Part shown: positions 1 to 11,960 of the stretch, in pieces | How positions within the stretch are numbered: the stretch's first letter is position 1 | How the letters are laid out: every line of letters starts with the position of its first letter | Assembly (NCBI GenBank): GCA_965649765.1 | Contig: OZ287761.1 | Location: 13,392,001 to 13,456,000 of the forward strand | Direction of reading: 5' to 3' | Length of the DNA: 64,000 nucleotides | DNA from: Bispira polyomma | Lineage: Eukaryota | Program-made: the position numbers and the translations under genes | Notes under the pieces: model-generated | The model's database searches: none | What the model saw: the letters and a program-made list of their open reading frames with translations, nothing else | What the model was told of the DNA's origin: nothing

Positions 1-1925
1 TGGTTCAGATAAGCACCCCAGCCCTTTTCTGAAGCCTCTGTCAACAGAAGAAGTCTGAACTCCTTCTGATGGAGTGGCGAACCCTTCAAGAGATTCTGAA
101 GGTCTGTCCACCATTCCAGATATAACCTCATAACCTGACTTAGCAGAATTGGAATGTCCAACGATTGAGGAAACTTCCAATTTATCTTGAGATACCACTG
201 GTACGGCCTCATATGAAGACGTCCCTGTGGTATAGTCTTTTCCATTGAAGCCATGCTCCCAATGAGAGACATAAGCTTCCTTTGAGTCGTCATTTTTCCT
301 TTTAACATGGAGACGATTTTTTCTTGTAAAGAATCAATGTTTTTCTGGGTTGGAAAGACTAGCCCTTGCTTTAAGTCGAACCGATAACCTAGAAATTCAG
401 TGTTTTGGGATGGTGTTAATTCCGATTTTTTGAAATTTATAACCCATCCTAACTTTTGTACCAAATCTACCAGTTTTTGTATGTCGAATCTGCTTTGAAT
501 TTTTGTTTTTGATCTCAGAAGCCAATCGTCTATATATTAATGTATTCTCGAGCCCTGAGCCAGAGCCATGAGTTTCACCTCTTTTGCTACTCTTGTGAAC
601 TCCAATGGAGTTGTAGCGATTTCGAAAGATAGTGAAGTAAACTGGTAAGATGTTTCGCCTACATTGAATCTCCGGAATTTTTGATATTTTGGGTGTACGG
701 GGATGTGAAAATATGCATCGGTCAGATCTAACGATGTTAGCCATTCGCTCTTTTATAATGAATTTTAAAACGTTTCCGCCATTTCTATCTTGAAAGTCAG
801 TACATGAAAATACTTCTTTACCTGACTTAAATCTATCACTGGATGCCATTTGTTTCCTGGTTTTGGAACCAGAAACAGACGACTGTAGAATCCTAGAGAT
901 TTGCACTTCCTGAAAGGAAGTATTGCCTTTTTCTCGATCATTTCATAAACCGCTTCTATCAAAAATCTCTGTTTCTCCCGACATAAATATTTGCTATTTA
1001 TTACTGGATAATTTGGCAATAGTGGAAGTATGTTGAAATTCAGGCAATACCCCTCTTTCAGAATTTGCACAATCCTTGGATGAGCATTCAAATTTTTGCC
1101 ATACCTGCCAAAAGCTGGAGAAACGACCTCCTGGTGATTGGTTGTCACTTCCTCCTGTTGCCTCTAGCACCTCTAAAAGAGGCCTTGGTTGAGGGAAAGT
1201 GACCTCTGCCTCTAGATGATGGTTCAGATGTACTGGAGAATCCCTTGTAGGGACGAAAAGAACCTCTACCTTGTCCTCTGTTGTCTTTGGGCGTATCCGA
1301 ATATCTGAAGGACTCCCTCTTTGTCTGTGTGTAAATCCCGATGAGTCCCTGAATACTCTAGACCATTGGATGAAGTTTTGTTGAACCTCTGACAGTTTGT
1401 CCACTAGAAACAAATCATTGGTTGTAAAAAATGAGTTTCTCAACTTCTGCAAGTCATCTTCATTGACGTCCTTGGAACACAACTTGAGATAGTTGTCTCT
1501 TCTATTTAAACACAAGTTGGCAGTCAATGTCATAAAAGAATCTATCAAAGAATCCATGGCATTTTCCACTGATGAATTCACTGAAGCTTGTAGCTGAAGA
1601 CAGTCTTGCATCACTTCTAAAGCACTATTAAAGTCCTCTTCCGAATCAGCTTCTTTAACTTTAGCCATGCACTTCTCAATCTCTAACGTTGCTTTACTGT
1701 TAGCCAAATTAAACCAATTTATATGATTTAAGACATTGATGTTTTCTCTGGTAACAGTTTCCCATTGATGATACTGAGCCCTGGGAGTAGAAAAGGTAGT
1801 AGGTGCCTGATAATGAGATGAGGCAATGTTTTTAAAACTGTCATGCAAACTAGGTAAAGCTCAATAAAGTGATCTTTCTGTAGAGCATTCTTCCTTTGAC
1901 CTCTTGCAGCTTGCTGAGGTCTCTG
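1..1925 (-). mobile_element. Degenerate DIRS1-type tyrosine-recombinase retrotransposon fragment (gag, RT, start of RNase H); runs off the left edge
   Basis: Gag-like ORF 994..1848 overlaps RT ORF 765..1148 (GFYSRLFLVPKPGNKWHPVIDLS). Across frameshifts the minus strand then reads DLTDAYFHIP, YIDDWL, GWVINFKKSELTPSQ and LEWW...LTEASEKGWGA, as in DIRS1 pol. Many stops and frameshifts. Confidence 0.85.
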
Positions 1926-3950
1926 AGACCCATGAAGCATGACTTACACACTGATTGGATATTTAGTGCCATCCAATTTTGAACATCTGCTAAGCATTTC
2001 TGAAGGACTTCCAGGGCACCAATTGATGTGTTAGGAGTAAGGTGCACGTAAATCTGTGTATAATCTGCATAGAAGTGATACTTCAGAGAAGAATAGGAGG
2101 AAATAATTTTGCTAAGGGGTGTAGTATATAATGAAAATAGGAGTGGTCCAAGCACAGACCCTTGCGGCACACAGAATTTTAGCACTTGTAGGTCAGACAG
2201 AATATCGCCAATTTTAATACACTGGTACCTGTCTGATAAGTAGGAAACAAACCATTGCAAAACAGATTCCTTCAGACCAAACCAGGTTTTTAGTCTTTCA
2301 ATAAAGACATTGTGATCAATAGGGTCGAAAGCAGCTGATAAGTCTAACAGTACTAGCGCAGTGGGAACGCCCTTTGATAAAGACATATGAATATCGTTTT
2401 TAATATAAAGGAGAGCTGTTTCAGTTGAATGGTATTTTTTATATGCTGATTGGTAGGTGTTCTCTAGGCTGAATTTTTCAAGATGACTATTGAGCTGTTG
2501 GGCGACAACCCGTTCTATCAATTTTGAGATGTAACATAGTCCAGATACAGGTCAATAATTTTGTAAGTCGTTTTTTGGTAAGAAAGCCTTCTTTATAAGA
2601 GGAGTGACAACAGCCCTTTTCAACTTTGTTGGAAAGACACCCTGAGCTAGGGAATTGTTAACCAGTTTGGTTATTGATGGGAGAAGAATGTCCACACATT
2701 CCCTTACAAGGAAAGTGGGCCAGGTGTCAAGCATGCATGACCTGGTGGGGGAACTGAGCAGGATTTTTTTAACATTGTCTTCAGTAACTGAATCAAATTT
2801 ACAGAAATCACTTGGAGCCATATCAGGTAAGACAACTGACATTTTTGATTTTGGAAAACTTTCCCTGATCTTTTCAATTTTATTTTTAAAAAACTGACAA
2901 AATTTATTTGCCAAAGTGATATCTTGCTGACCCTCAGGTAAAAGAGTCTCTGATTTCCTGTGCAACACATTGTTTAGTTCACGCCATACAGCTTTTGAGT
3001 CAGTTGAATTGGTGCAGATAATGTCTGCATAGAAGTCACCTTTGGCTTTGTTTACGAGAGAGTTACATCTGTTTGTCATTCTCCTAAGACGTGATTTGTA
3101 GAGTGCAGCCAGGTCCTTATTTTTCAGATTTTTCCTCCACAAACGTTCATATTGGCGCCTCAAACACTTGGCACGATGGTATTCATCAGTTACCTAGGAT
3201 GGTACAGGCTTTCTCAATAGTTTGGAAATTTTTGGCGCATGCTTATCGAGGAGGGTACTGAGAGAGTTAACATATTGATTATGCAACTCTGAGACATCAT
3301 CGGATGGAGAAGCAACAAAACTGGTGGATTTTAGGTCATTTTTTAGTTGAACCATGTCTATCTTGTGATATTGTCGAAAGCAGATTTTCTTGTTTTCATA
3401 AACTGTAGGCGGTTTAAAATCTAACATACAAGAGATAGCAAAATGATCACTTATGCAGCCAGAATTTACAATACTATTGATGCCATTAAAGTCTGAGGAG
3501 GTTATAAAAAAATGCAGAATGTGACCATGAATATGGGTTGGAAAGGAAACATGCTGTGTCAGATTGCATGATTCTAAAATGGATTTGAACTGAGAACTAT
3601 AACCATCATCTGCGTCAAAATGGATGTTGAAATCGCCGCAAAGTATGTAGTTTGAAGGCAAGGTTGATATAAGACCAACCAGGGACATAAACTGCACAAG
3701 GAAATCAGATAAAGAAGAACCTGGGGGCCTGTATATAACTACAATATTCACTTGGTGATTTAACCAGCAAACAGAAGCAACAAGATGCTCGAATGATACA
3801 GCATGTGGGGAGGTAATTTTTGAAACTTGGAAGGTGTTCCGGACAAATAAGCCCATGCCGCCACCCACTGTGTGTGTACGAGGAACATGCAGCAAGCTAA
3901 AACCATCAGGCGTCAATTCCTTCACAAATATAAGCATCTCTGGCCATTTC
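1925..3950 (-). mobile_element. Degenerate L2/CR1-group LINE ORF2 fragment (APE endonuclease plus RT)
   Basis: ORF 3194..3937 has IYRPP, GDFN and SDHF. ORFs 2552..3163 and 1850..2521 have HSTETAL, LDLSAAFD, VPQGSVLGPLLF and YADYTQ (from YADD). Stops break the frame, and there is an internal deletion after WMALN. Confidence 0.9.
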
Positions 3951-4632
3951 TGGCCTTGATTACTCTTTTCATCAAAGCTAACATCATAATTTACATGTTA
4001 ATGACGTCAGCATGGTAAGCTAGAATCGTAACAAACGTCATCATTTACATGTTCATGATGTCACAAACAGTGCGGTTTTCAGCCTCAAAGTCGTGCATGG
4101 GCATTTTTTGTTAGAATTTAGATTCAGAACCCTTTTTTTCTTGGATTTAAAGTATTAACCAATTATCCATTAGTTGACTCTACATAATTATATAGCTACG
4201 TAGCATCTAATACCAACATTGTTCTAACTTTGGGGAACACAAGCTTGAGATCTTAAAAGTGTCACGACGTACATTCTGTTTGATCTGCCTCTCTAACTTT
4301 GAGATTTTTTAATTATATGTATACAGCTACAGCTACAAACAGGGCTGGATGTTCAGCACTATTATTGGTTAAATCTGAACTGTTTTCCCGATTCAATATT
4401 GCCATTATTTTCAGATTAATGACATGGACATTATGATAGTTTATGAATAACCTTACTAAAACCCGAGTAGAAAACAAACTTTATCCAAAACATACAGTTA
4501 AAAAATTTCAGAAACCCTTTTTGCATGTTTGTATACTGTTTATGGATACAAGTTGTAAGTGCAAAAACAGTAAATAAGAAAAGAAAAAAATATATATTTC
4601 TATATAAATTGGCTTAATAATATCTATTTCAG

Positions 4633-4889
4633 ATTCCATCAGCGACATCAGAATGCGTGAATTAGCTAACGATTTGGGCAACCGGTGGAAGCATCTGGGA
4701 ACCTATCTGGATTTTACCCACGCTGACATCCAGAACTTTCAGGCAAACAACGCAAGCTTGGTGCAAGATGCTGTCTTTGAGATGTTAGTGACTTGAAGAG
4801 ACCGGTCCCTTGGGTCGACTCATATGAAGATAGGAGTCCTACAGACTGCTCTCAATGCAAAATGCCCGCACTTGGCAGGCAGGCTGTAA
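4633..4889 (+). pseudogene. Terminal exon encoding a Death domain, interrupted by an in-frame TGA (4794-4796); upstream exons not identified
   Basis: Acceptor tatttcAG, phase 1. Manual translation: DSISDIRMRELANDLGNRWKHLGTYLDFTHADIQNFQANNASLVQDAVFEMLVT*RDRSLGSTHMKIGVLQTALNAKCPHLAGRL*, which fits the Death-domain pattern LG..WK.L...L.F....I...EML..W. Confidence 0.75.
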
Positions 4890-5329
4890 CTGTTTCCTTA
4901 TATTTAAGTTTATGCTTGCATATATCTGCCTGAAGACAGAGGCTTGGGGATGACACTACTTCTCCATGTCCCTTGGTTCTTAAGTCTGCCACCTGGCAAG
5001 AGGACTTAGTAACACAGGACTGCCATCGGCAACATGTAAAATTTTATATTAATTAAATGAGGCAAATGTATTTTCAAAACTTCACTATACGTGTTGACGG
5101 TTTGCATGACTGTGACAAAGTGGTCTAGGATATGGATGAAATACTGGGGTAACCTTGGTCAAGTATTCTGTGTCCAGTTAATTTGAATAATTTTACTGGA
5201 CCAGCCATTATTGGGGTGACTGTGATGTCACTGTACTGTGATGTCACTGATGTTGTGAGATCCCAAAGCAGTGAAATGGATTTATGAATTAATAGATTTT
5301 TAATGGTGTGCAACAATGTTTCATAGACA

Positions 5330-5467
5330 TGTATTCAGAATATTTGAACCTATTTACTTTAGTCTTTTTAGAATATTACAACCTATTTACTTTCAGTCTG
5401 TTCAGAATATTTTAACTTATTTACTCTAGTCTTTTTAGAATATTTTAACTTAATTACTTTAGTCTGA
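5330..5467. repeat. Short tandem repeat, about 33-bp unit (agaatattttaacctatttactttagtcttttt-like), about 4 copies
   Basis: Direct inspection. Confidence 0.7.
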
Positions 5468-5769
5468 GGTATAAATGTCTAGACACTGAGGCTTATAATG
5501 TGTTGTTTACTTTAAAGGCAGCAGTTCTTACAACAGGTTTCAGCATTGCTAAAAATCACAGGCAACTAACTTCTCGAAGACAATGTTGCAGCGATATTAA
5601 AATGTTACTTATTGTACGTGTACAGTACATAGATGTTTAATGAGAGTTTTTTTATCTCTATTTTAGTCTGCACTACATAGCGGTTTAATTATTCAAATAT
5701 TGATTGTATTTATGAAATTATACAATCCTACTGAGAACATTATCTATAGAGTGATGTTAGATTAAGTTA

Positions 5770-5995
5770 ATTGGGATTTAATGTGGCTTTCAAAAGCCCG
5801 ATGTCAGATCACGACAGGCAGTTTTTACTAGTGGAGGAAATCAGAACGGCGCAAGGTATTATGGTCCACAAACCGCAGACTTTCAGCAAATCTACTGCCA
5901 ACTACATATACACACACCAGGGCTGAGATTGGAACCCACAATAACAGAGGTGGGAGGCAAGGGTGTTACATCTGGCACAACTGACTGGCCCCCAC
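5770..5995 (-). mobile_element. SINE-like family F copy; other copies near 20710, 24575, 28405, 32585, 33135, 40670, 46365 and 62600
   Basis: Shared motifs ttaacgtc...atcacga, gtggaggaaa(c/t)cag, gccaactttccca, gaacc...gaggtgggaggc. The tRNA-like head would lie on the minus strand. Confidence 0.6.
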
Positions 5996-6494
5996 TTTGA
6001 GTAGATGTAGCCATTGTAAGACTTAGTGGGGAAATTTGTGCTCTAACCTAGTTTTTAAATATTCACTGTCACCATTACAGCTAATAATTATGTTCAGCTT
6101 ATGAAACAAATGTTTGTGTATGATTTTTTACCCGTTATATATTTTTATATTCTATTTTTTGGGAAGATTTTTTTCTGATGGTTTTTGCTATATGCAGGGG
6201 TGGTGAACAGCTTAGCTGACAGTAACTTTAAATATAAATCTTTTATCCATTTAACAAGTAATCTGACCCATTTTGGATGCAAAGTCTGTATTAAAATTAA
6301 ATTATTGTTATCAATAATTTATTTTTTACAGACAACTATTTAAATAAAACAAATTTTATATTTCAAGATAATGTCCGCTATGGCTGTCGCGTCCGCTAAG
6401 CTAACCACCCGTGTAGATGAACATTGAACTTTTTGTATTGTTTTTCAACAGTAGTAACAAATACGCTTTTGTTTTTTTCTATTTTGTATCTTAT

Positions 6495-6930
6495 TAGAAT
6501 ATCTGTAAGTGGTGAATTTGTGATTTAATCAAGGTTTAATATTCACTTTCAGCATTACAGCCAATTGTATACATTATGTTTATTAGACAATTTTTACAAA
6601 GTTACAAACACCAACCGCTAGTCACAAACACCAACAGTGATTCTGTTCCAATATTTTTTTTATGGTTTTATAACTTATTAGACTATCTTAATCTGAAGTT
6701 GGGGATTTTTTATTTAATTCAGGTTAAATGTTTATTTTCAGCATTACAACCTATGATACATTAATATCTACATTAGCCCATCTGTATTGGGTCTTCAATA
6801 CTAGTCACAAACACCAACAGTGCTATCGTTCCGATTTGTTTTTTTTAATATTTTTATAACTTATTATCTTAATCTGTAAGTGAGGAATTTGTACTTTAAT
6901 CCAGTTTAAATGTTTACTTTCAGCATAGAT
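6495..6930. repeat. Diverged tandem repeat of about 185 bp (about 2.3 copies); a related core forms a 43-bp array at 23455-23620
   Basis: Repeated ctgtaagt...gaatttgtgatttaat...ttcagcattaca...ctagtcacaaacaccaacagtg. Confidence 0.65.
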
Positions 6931-6986
6931 TTTTTTATAATTTTAGATATTATTAGAATATGTTAATCTTATAGACTAATAAATAC

Positions 6987-7159
6987 AGTAGAACCCTGTT
7001 AAGTCGAATCTTAGGGGACCATAAAAATGTGTTCTACTTGATAGGTATTCTACTCAACAAGGTAAATATTGAGTATATATATAGCAATGGGACTTTAGAA
7101 TAACTTCTACTTATCATGTAATTCCACTTGTTAGAGTTCTACTTAAGGGGGTTTGACTG
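6987..7159. mobile_element. MITE family B (TA-flanked CAGT...ACTG ends, Tc1/mariner-pogo-like); copies near 7328, 13482, 18900 and 37764; related subfamily near 12798, 28897 and 60885
   Basis: ta|cagtagaaccctgttaagtcgaatc ... ttaagggggtttgactg|ta terminal inverted repeats. Confidence 0.7.
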
Positions 7160-7739
7160 TACAATAGAACCTCAGAAGTACTTCCACTATCGATTGACGA
7201 ACACATTTCCAAATTCATATTACCTCGTTGTTTAAGAGTAAAAAGCCTCTCCTATGTTGCAATAACGATAAATCTTTATGTTAGACACATATACAAGAAT
7301 ATAAAGTCCATATAAAAAGACACATACAGTGGACCTCTGTTAAGTCGAATCTGAAGGGACCGTAAAAAATTTGTTCTACACAACAGAAATTCTACCTAAC
7401 AGGGTAAATTATAAATATACCAAAGGGACTTGAACGTAACAGGTAATTCTACTTAGCAGAGTTCTACTTAAAGGGGTCTGACTGTTTATGTAAAAGAAAT
7501 TTAAGTATATAAACATGCTTGTAATCCAAACCGATGTTTATTTTCCAACCATTTTAAAATAATATAGGTTCTACTGTATATATATATATATTTATTTACC
7601 GCACAGCCTTTGTCATACCTGTTCTGGGTCTAAAGCTTTTATCTATGGTTGTGTATAAAACACATTGGTCATTAATCCTGTTTTGGGGATTGGCCCTGTT
7701 TTGTACTTTTAAGAACAGGCATTTTGAATAGTTGTTGCA

Positions 7740-8005
7740 TTGATTGGTGATTAGTGTTAGACTTTGGATCTGAAAGATTTGAGGGACCTGGTCCTATCCT
7801 CGCTGTTGGCCTGGCGATTGTACCCTTGGACAAGGTACCTGGCCACCAATGGGGGTTAGTCTGAGTGCTGTATGTGGCAGCACGGCTGGTATGCTTCCTG
7901 AGGGAGCTGAGAATGAACAAATTGGTTGACAAGTGGGAGAACCCAGGCTGGGGTAGTAATGGGACGATGCATTAGACAACAGAGATGTTCATAACCGCAC
8001 TATAT
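7740..8005 (+). mobile_element. tRNA-derived CORE-like SINE family E copy; opposite-strand copies at 16683-16958, 19140-19710 and 60515-60865
   Basis: The family has A-box TGGCCTAGCGG, B-box GGTTCGATCC (best at 60775) and a ccttggacaaggtgcttt...ccaggtgtataaatgggta central block. Confidence 0.7.
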
Positions 8006-8506
8006 CAAATGATAATTTTTTTATTATTATGATTGATATCAAAGCACTTCTAGATTAAATTTGATAAGCATGGTGTTTCTGTCATTTGTGTTTGTAAACC
8101 TGCTTAATAAAGTATATAAAAAGACATAATTATGTGCTTCAATATCTTCCACAAAGAATACACTGCAGACCAGTGTTAAAGTACAATTACAGAATGTCCT
8201 TAACGTCAATACTGGTGCTGTTTGGCATATATACCCATAAAAACTCTCTTTATTGAAGCCCACAGGCTATTAATTCTGATTTAACATGTCCATATACCTG
8301 TATACTGTGATATACGTTGTGTACACACTAGTCAATAAAAGGCTAAAACAGAGGAATAATCTAACACTACCTTTCTCTTTATAATATTGACTCCTACACA
8401 TGACTCAGCAGCTCTCTTTATAAGTGTGAGGAAAAGCACATTGGATAACCTAGCTGCTGATAAGCTATATATACTGTCATATACGTTGTGTACACACTAG
8501 TCAATA

Positions 8507-9430
8507 ACAAGAGGAGAATGGCTCGGCGGCCATATTATGATAATGCCACTATAAAGCAAGTACAAAAAAGTTACAAAGCAAATCCGAAAGTAGTGAACCA
8601 GTCACCAGTTAGTCGAAATTGACAAGGCCACAATCACTACAGGGTCGGTCATCTGTAGGCGATAATACAAATTAAAAGATCAGAAAATGCTGTTTACGTT
8701 TTCATCCTCAATTTAATTTTTTCTAAATCCCAAAATTTTAAATATAAAACATACAATTCATCCATTAGGACACAAACTTCATTTAGTAGTAATAAACTGC
8801 TATTTTCCCCGTTTTATTTTTTATATATTTTGAAGTTTAATCACAGTTTTTAACAGACCTCGGCTCATTGACTGGGTGATGGATCATTCTGTATACGCAT
8901 ATTTCTCACGACAATAAAAAAAATTGATGAGAAATAGAATTTACAGTAAAATATGTATAAATATTGATGAAGATAGACCCATTCATAGGGAGGTACTAGC
9001 AACTTCTTTGTGAGAATAAATTAGGAAGAGGTATCGATCGTTTCACTGCGCATGCTCGGAAGATCACGCGACCTTACTACGTACTCTAAATTCATTCACA
9101 AAAACAACAAAAAACTATCCATGAATGAAACAGCTGATGAGATCGTTCTAGAAACCGAGAAACCAGAAATAGGGGGTAATAGACCCTTCAATCAAACCTC
9201 GCGATCCCTAAACAGAAAATGGCCATTTCTGACTTATATCTACCTATATTGACACCAAATTAAAAATGGACCGTCACTGAAACAGACTCCATATGTATGC
9301 CAAATATGAAAGCTGAGATCCTTGTAAGGTCAGACATTACCCTGTCGACAAAAAATAACAATGGTAACGTTACCTACGTTTTCCCACTATACCCACTATA
9401 CCCAATAAGCCTTGGCATAATCATGCAAAA
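8507..9430. mobile_element. Helentron-associated (HINE/DINE-1-like) non-autonomous element; second copy at 41619-43190
   Basis: Both copies begin aacaagaggagaatggc and share the subterminal atgat(a/t)atgcca and the end ttggcataatcatgcaa. The 43149-43184 copy keeps a terminal hairpin. Confidence 0.55.
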
Positions 9431-9689
9431 ACCTAGAACAGAGGAATAATCTAACACTACCTTTCTCTTTATAAATATTGACTCCTACACATAACTCAGC
9501 AGCTTTCTTTAAAGGTGTAAGGAAAAGCTTATTGGATAACCTAGCTGCTGATAAGCTCCTCTCACATTGAATAATAATCTAGAAAACGGTTTTTGATAAC
9601 AAAAACGAAGAGTCCCTAAAGTTGAAATAATAATGAAATTGTTTAGTGTACAAGGTTTGATATTGTTTAAAAGTTGACATATAAGCAGA

Positions 9690-10562
9690 ATCAGCACTTT
9701 GGGTCGAATATAAGCTCTAAATCGCTCTATGTAGCACCGTTTCCGAGATAACAGACTTTTCTAAAAAGACGCAGAAATTGAAGATGGTTGCTCAAATCGA
9801 ATATTACTTTAAAAGTTTACATATAGGCAAAATCAGCCCTGTGGGTCGAAAATGAGCTTGAAATCGCTTTATCTTGCACCGTTTCCGTGATAAAGCATAT
9901 TTTCGAAAAATACACAGAAATTCAAGATGGCCCAAAAATTGAAATTTTATGAAAGTTTACATAAAACAAAAAATCAACCCTGTGGATCGAAAATGAGCTT
10001 GAAATCGCTCTATATAGCACCGTTTCCGAGATAATGGACATTTTTGAAAAAGATGCAGAAATTCAAGATGGCCGCCAAAATCAAACATTTTTTCAAAAGT
10101 TTTTCAATTTCTCTTATCTAGCACCGTTTCCCAGATAATGGACATTTTCGAAAAAGACGCAGAAATTCAAGATGGCCGCCAAAATTAAATATTTTTCTAA
10201 AAATTTACATCTAAACAACATCAACCCTGTGGGTCGAAAATGAGTTTGAAATCGCTCTATCTAGCACCGTTTTCGAGATAATGGACATTTTCTAAAAAGA
10301 CACAGAAATTCTAGTGACAAGCACTTTTACACCCCTAGGGTCACCTGACATTTAAGTAGGCTAAAGTTCAAAGCCAAGAATTTGAAAAAATTTCCCACTC
10401 CTGGTTAAGAGAACTGCCAAAAATAATTTTGATGCAGATAATATTGAAGGAGATATTCAAGGAAGACCATGCAGCGGCGACACAGGCTGCGGCGGCACGG
10501 GCGTCAGCGAGGAAACCAGGGGTGAAACCAAATAAGCGCTCTTTTCAAAGGGCCGCTTAATT
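9690..10562. mobile_element. HINE/pearl-like element with an internal array of about 130-bp units (about 5), a GC-rich simple stretch and a terminal hairpin
   Basis: Repeated aaatcgctctatctagcaccgtttccgagata...aattcaagatggccgcc. It ends aagcgctcttttcaaagggccgcttaatt, and a similar end occurs at 26168-26192. Confidence 0.55.
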
Positions 10563-10639
10563 AACTACCTCTAAATAAAGCCACCTAGCCAGAAGTAAGA
10601 GCCGGCCTCCCTCCTAAACCATTCTGCGATAGGACTCTC

Positions 10640-10910
10640 CTGGCAGGCATCCTGAAGCGCAACAACAGAATAAATAAACCAATAGAAAGGAAGGATGAAG
10701 GGGTGTACAGGGAAGGAAACTATGGGGGGTAGGCAAGTTTAAAAAGATACGTTTTAAGCATATTTCTAAACCCAGAGACCATCCCATAACATAGGGGCAG
10801 CAATAGAGAAAGCTCTTGATCCAGCCCTCTTGGTGGCTCTAACTGAAGAAACAGAAAGTCTATTTTCCCTCTTACAGTTGCTGAAGGAAAGGCGAGCACC
10901 GAGCAATTAA
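10640..10910 (-). mobile_element. L2-type LINE 3' end fragment
   Basis: Minus strand reads (across a frameshift) GSRAFSIAAPMLW...FRNMLKTYLFKLAYPP*, the same C-terminus type as 23905-24175. Confidence 0.7.
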
Positions 10911-11734
10911 ATCAAATAAAAGGATAGAAATGTAATTATGAGTTACCCCCAAGCCTGAACTTTATCTGAGCTCTACCTACACCCCTAGCCCAGGTTACGA
11001 CAAACCCTTTCGACCCCTAGACTACCAACTAGTAGCCGACAGCATTTGTTACTCCCCAGAACCCTATGTCTGTCTGCAAGTAGTCGACACCCTAAAAATA
11101 TTATTTTATTTTTCTCCAGTTACTGGCAATATAGGAAATTGTTAGTTCCCCATTTAAAAAAATATATACATGAGGCCGTTATTGAATGCCAGAAGTAGTC
11201 TGAGGTGTGTATCTTAGTGACTCCAAGTATCTGTAACCTATTATCAAGAAATTCCTTCAGCAGTTCCCAGCAACAGCTTTCTCTTAGGGTTGAAAGAGTT
11301 AAGAAAGGTAGGGGAAGATGATTTGGATTTTAGTTTAAATTTTAACTGCATTTATAAAAAACTATAGAGAAAAACTTGCTTTATACTTCTCAACAAATAA
11401 TATCTTTTGTAGTCCATGATGCAAGTTCACATATAACACTAAACTACCAAACTTGGCCCAATTTTCACCCATTTATCATCACAACATAATGAGACTTTTA
11501 CTCTTATCTTTAAACTTCAAGATAAAACCAGATCAAGGCAACAAATGTAAAAATGTAAAAAAATGTAAAAAGAATAAGAATCTTTGTGAATACGGCCCCA
11601 GATCAATTGGCACAGTGCTTAAGTGTTCACATCTGGTGCAAACATCAACAATGACATCATGTATGATCATTATTATTATACGAGAGCATTTTGCTCTTCT
11701 ATTTTTCGACTCCGTTGTATGATTCCACATGTGG

Positions 11735-11960
11735 AGCAAGAAATCTAAATTGGCCATTGTATCTGAAATTCGGCACCTAGAAAATGTTGTGTTTTTGGTA
11801 GAATTGTGCATAATATTTGCTGAAATTGAAATTTCGGTGACTATTTTGCCCTTACTTACATAAATTTATGTTATTTACTGCCAGTTTTTATTGATTTTAG
11901 CTTAAATTTTAGGGGTGCTGCATTTCAGATACACAGTGGTCAATTTTAGATTCCTTATGC
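11735..11960. mobile_element. MITE family A (about 220 bp); copies near 14145, 18433, 40004, 42553, 44275 (partial) and 63029
   Basis: TIR gtaaggaatctaaaatt(c/g)gccactgtatctgaaatt / aatttcagatacagtggcgaattttagattccttac; TA-flanked in the best copies. Confidence 0.75.

Noticed and set aside
397-906. 169-aa ORF as a host gene
   Set aside because: Overlapping alternative frame within the decayed DIRS1 pol.
4794-4796. Selenocysteine or alternative-code reading of the TGA
   Set aside because: The position is a conserved Trp, other genes here use TGG for Trp and TGA as stop, and no SECIS was recognisable by eye.
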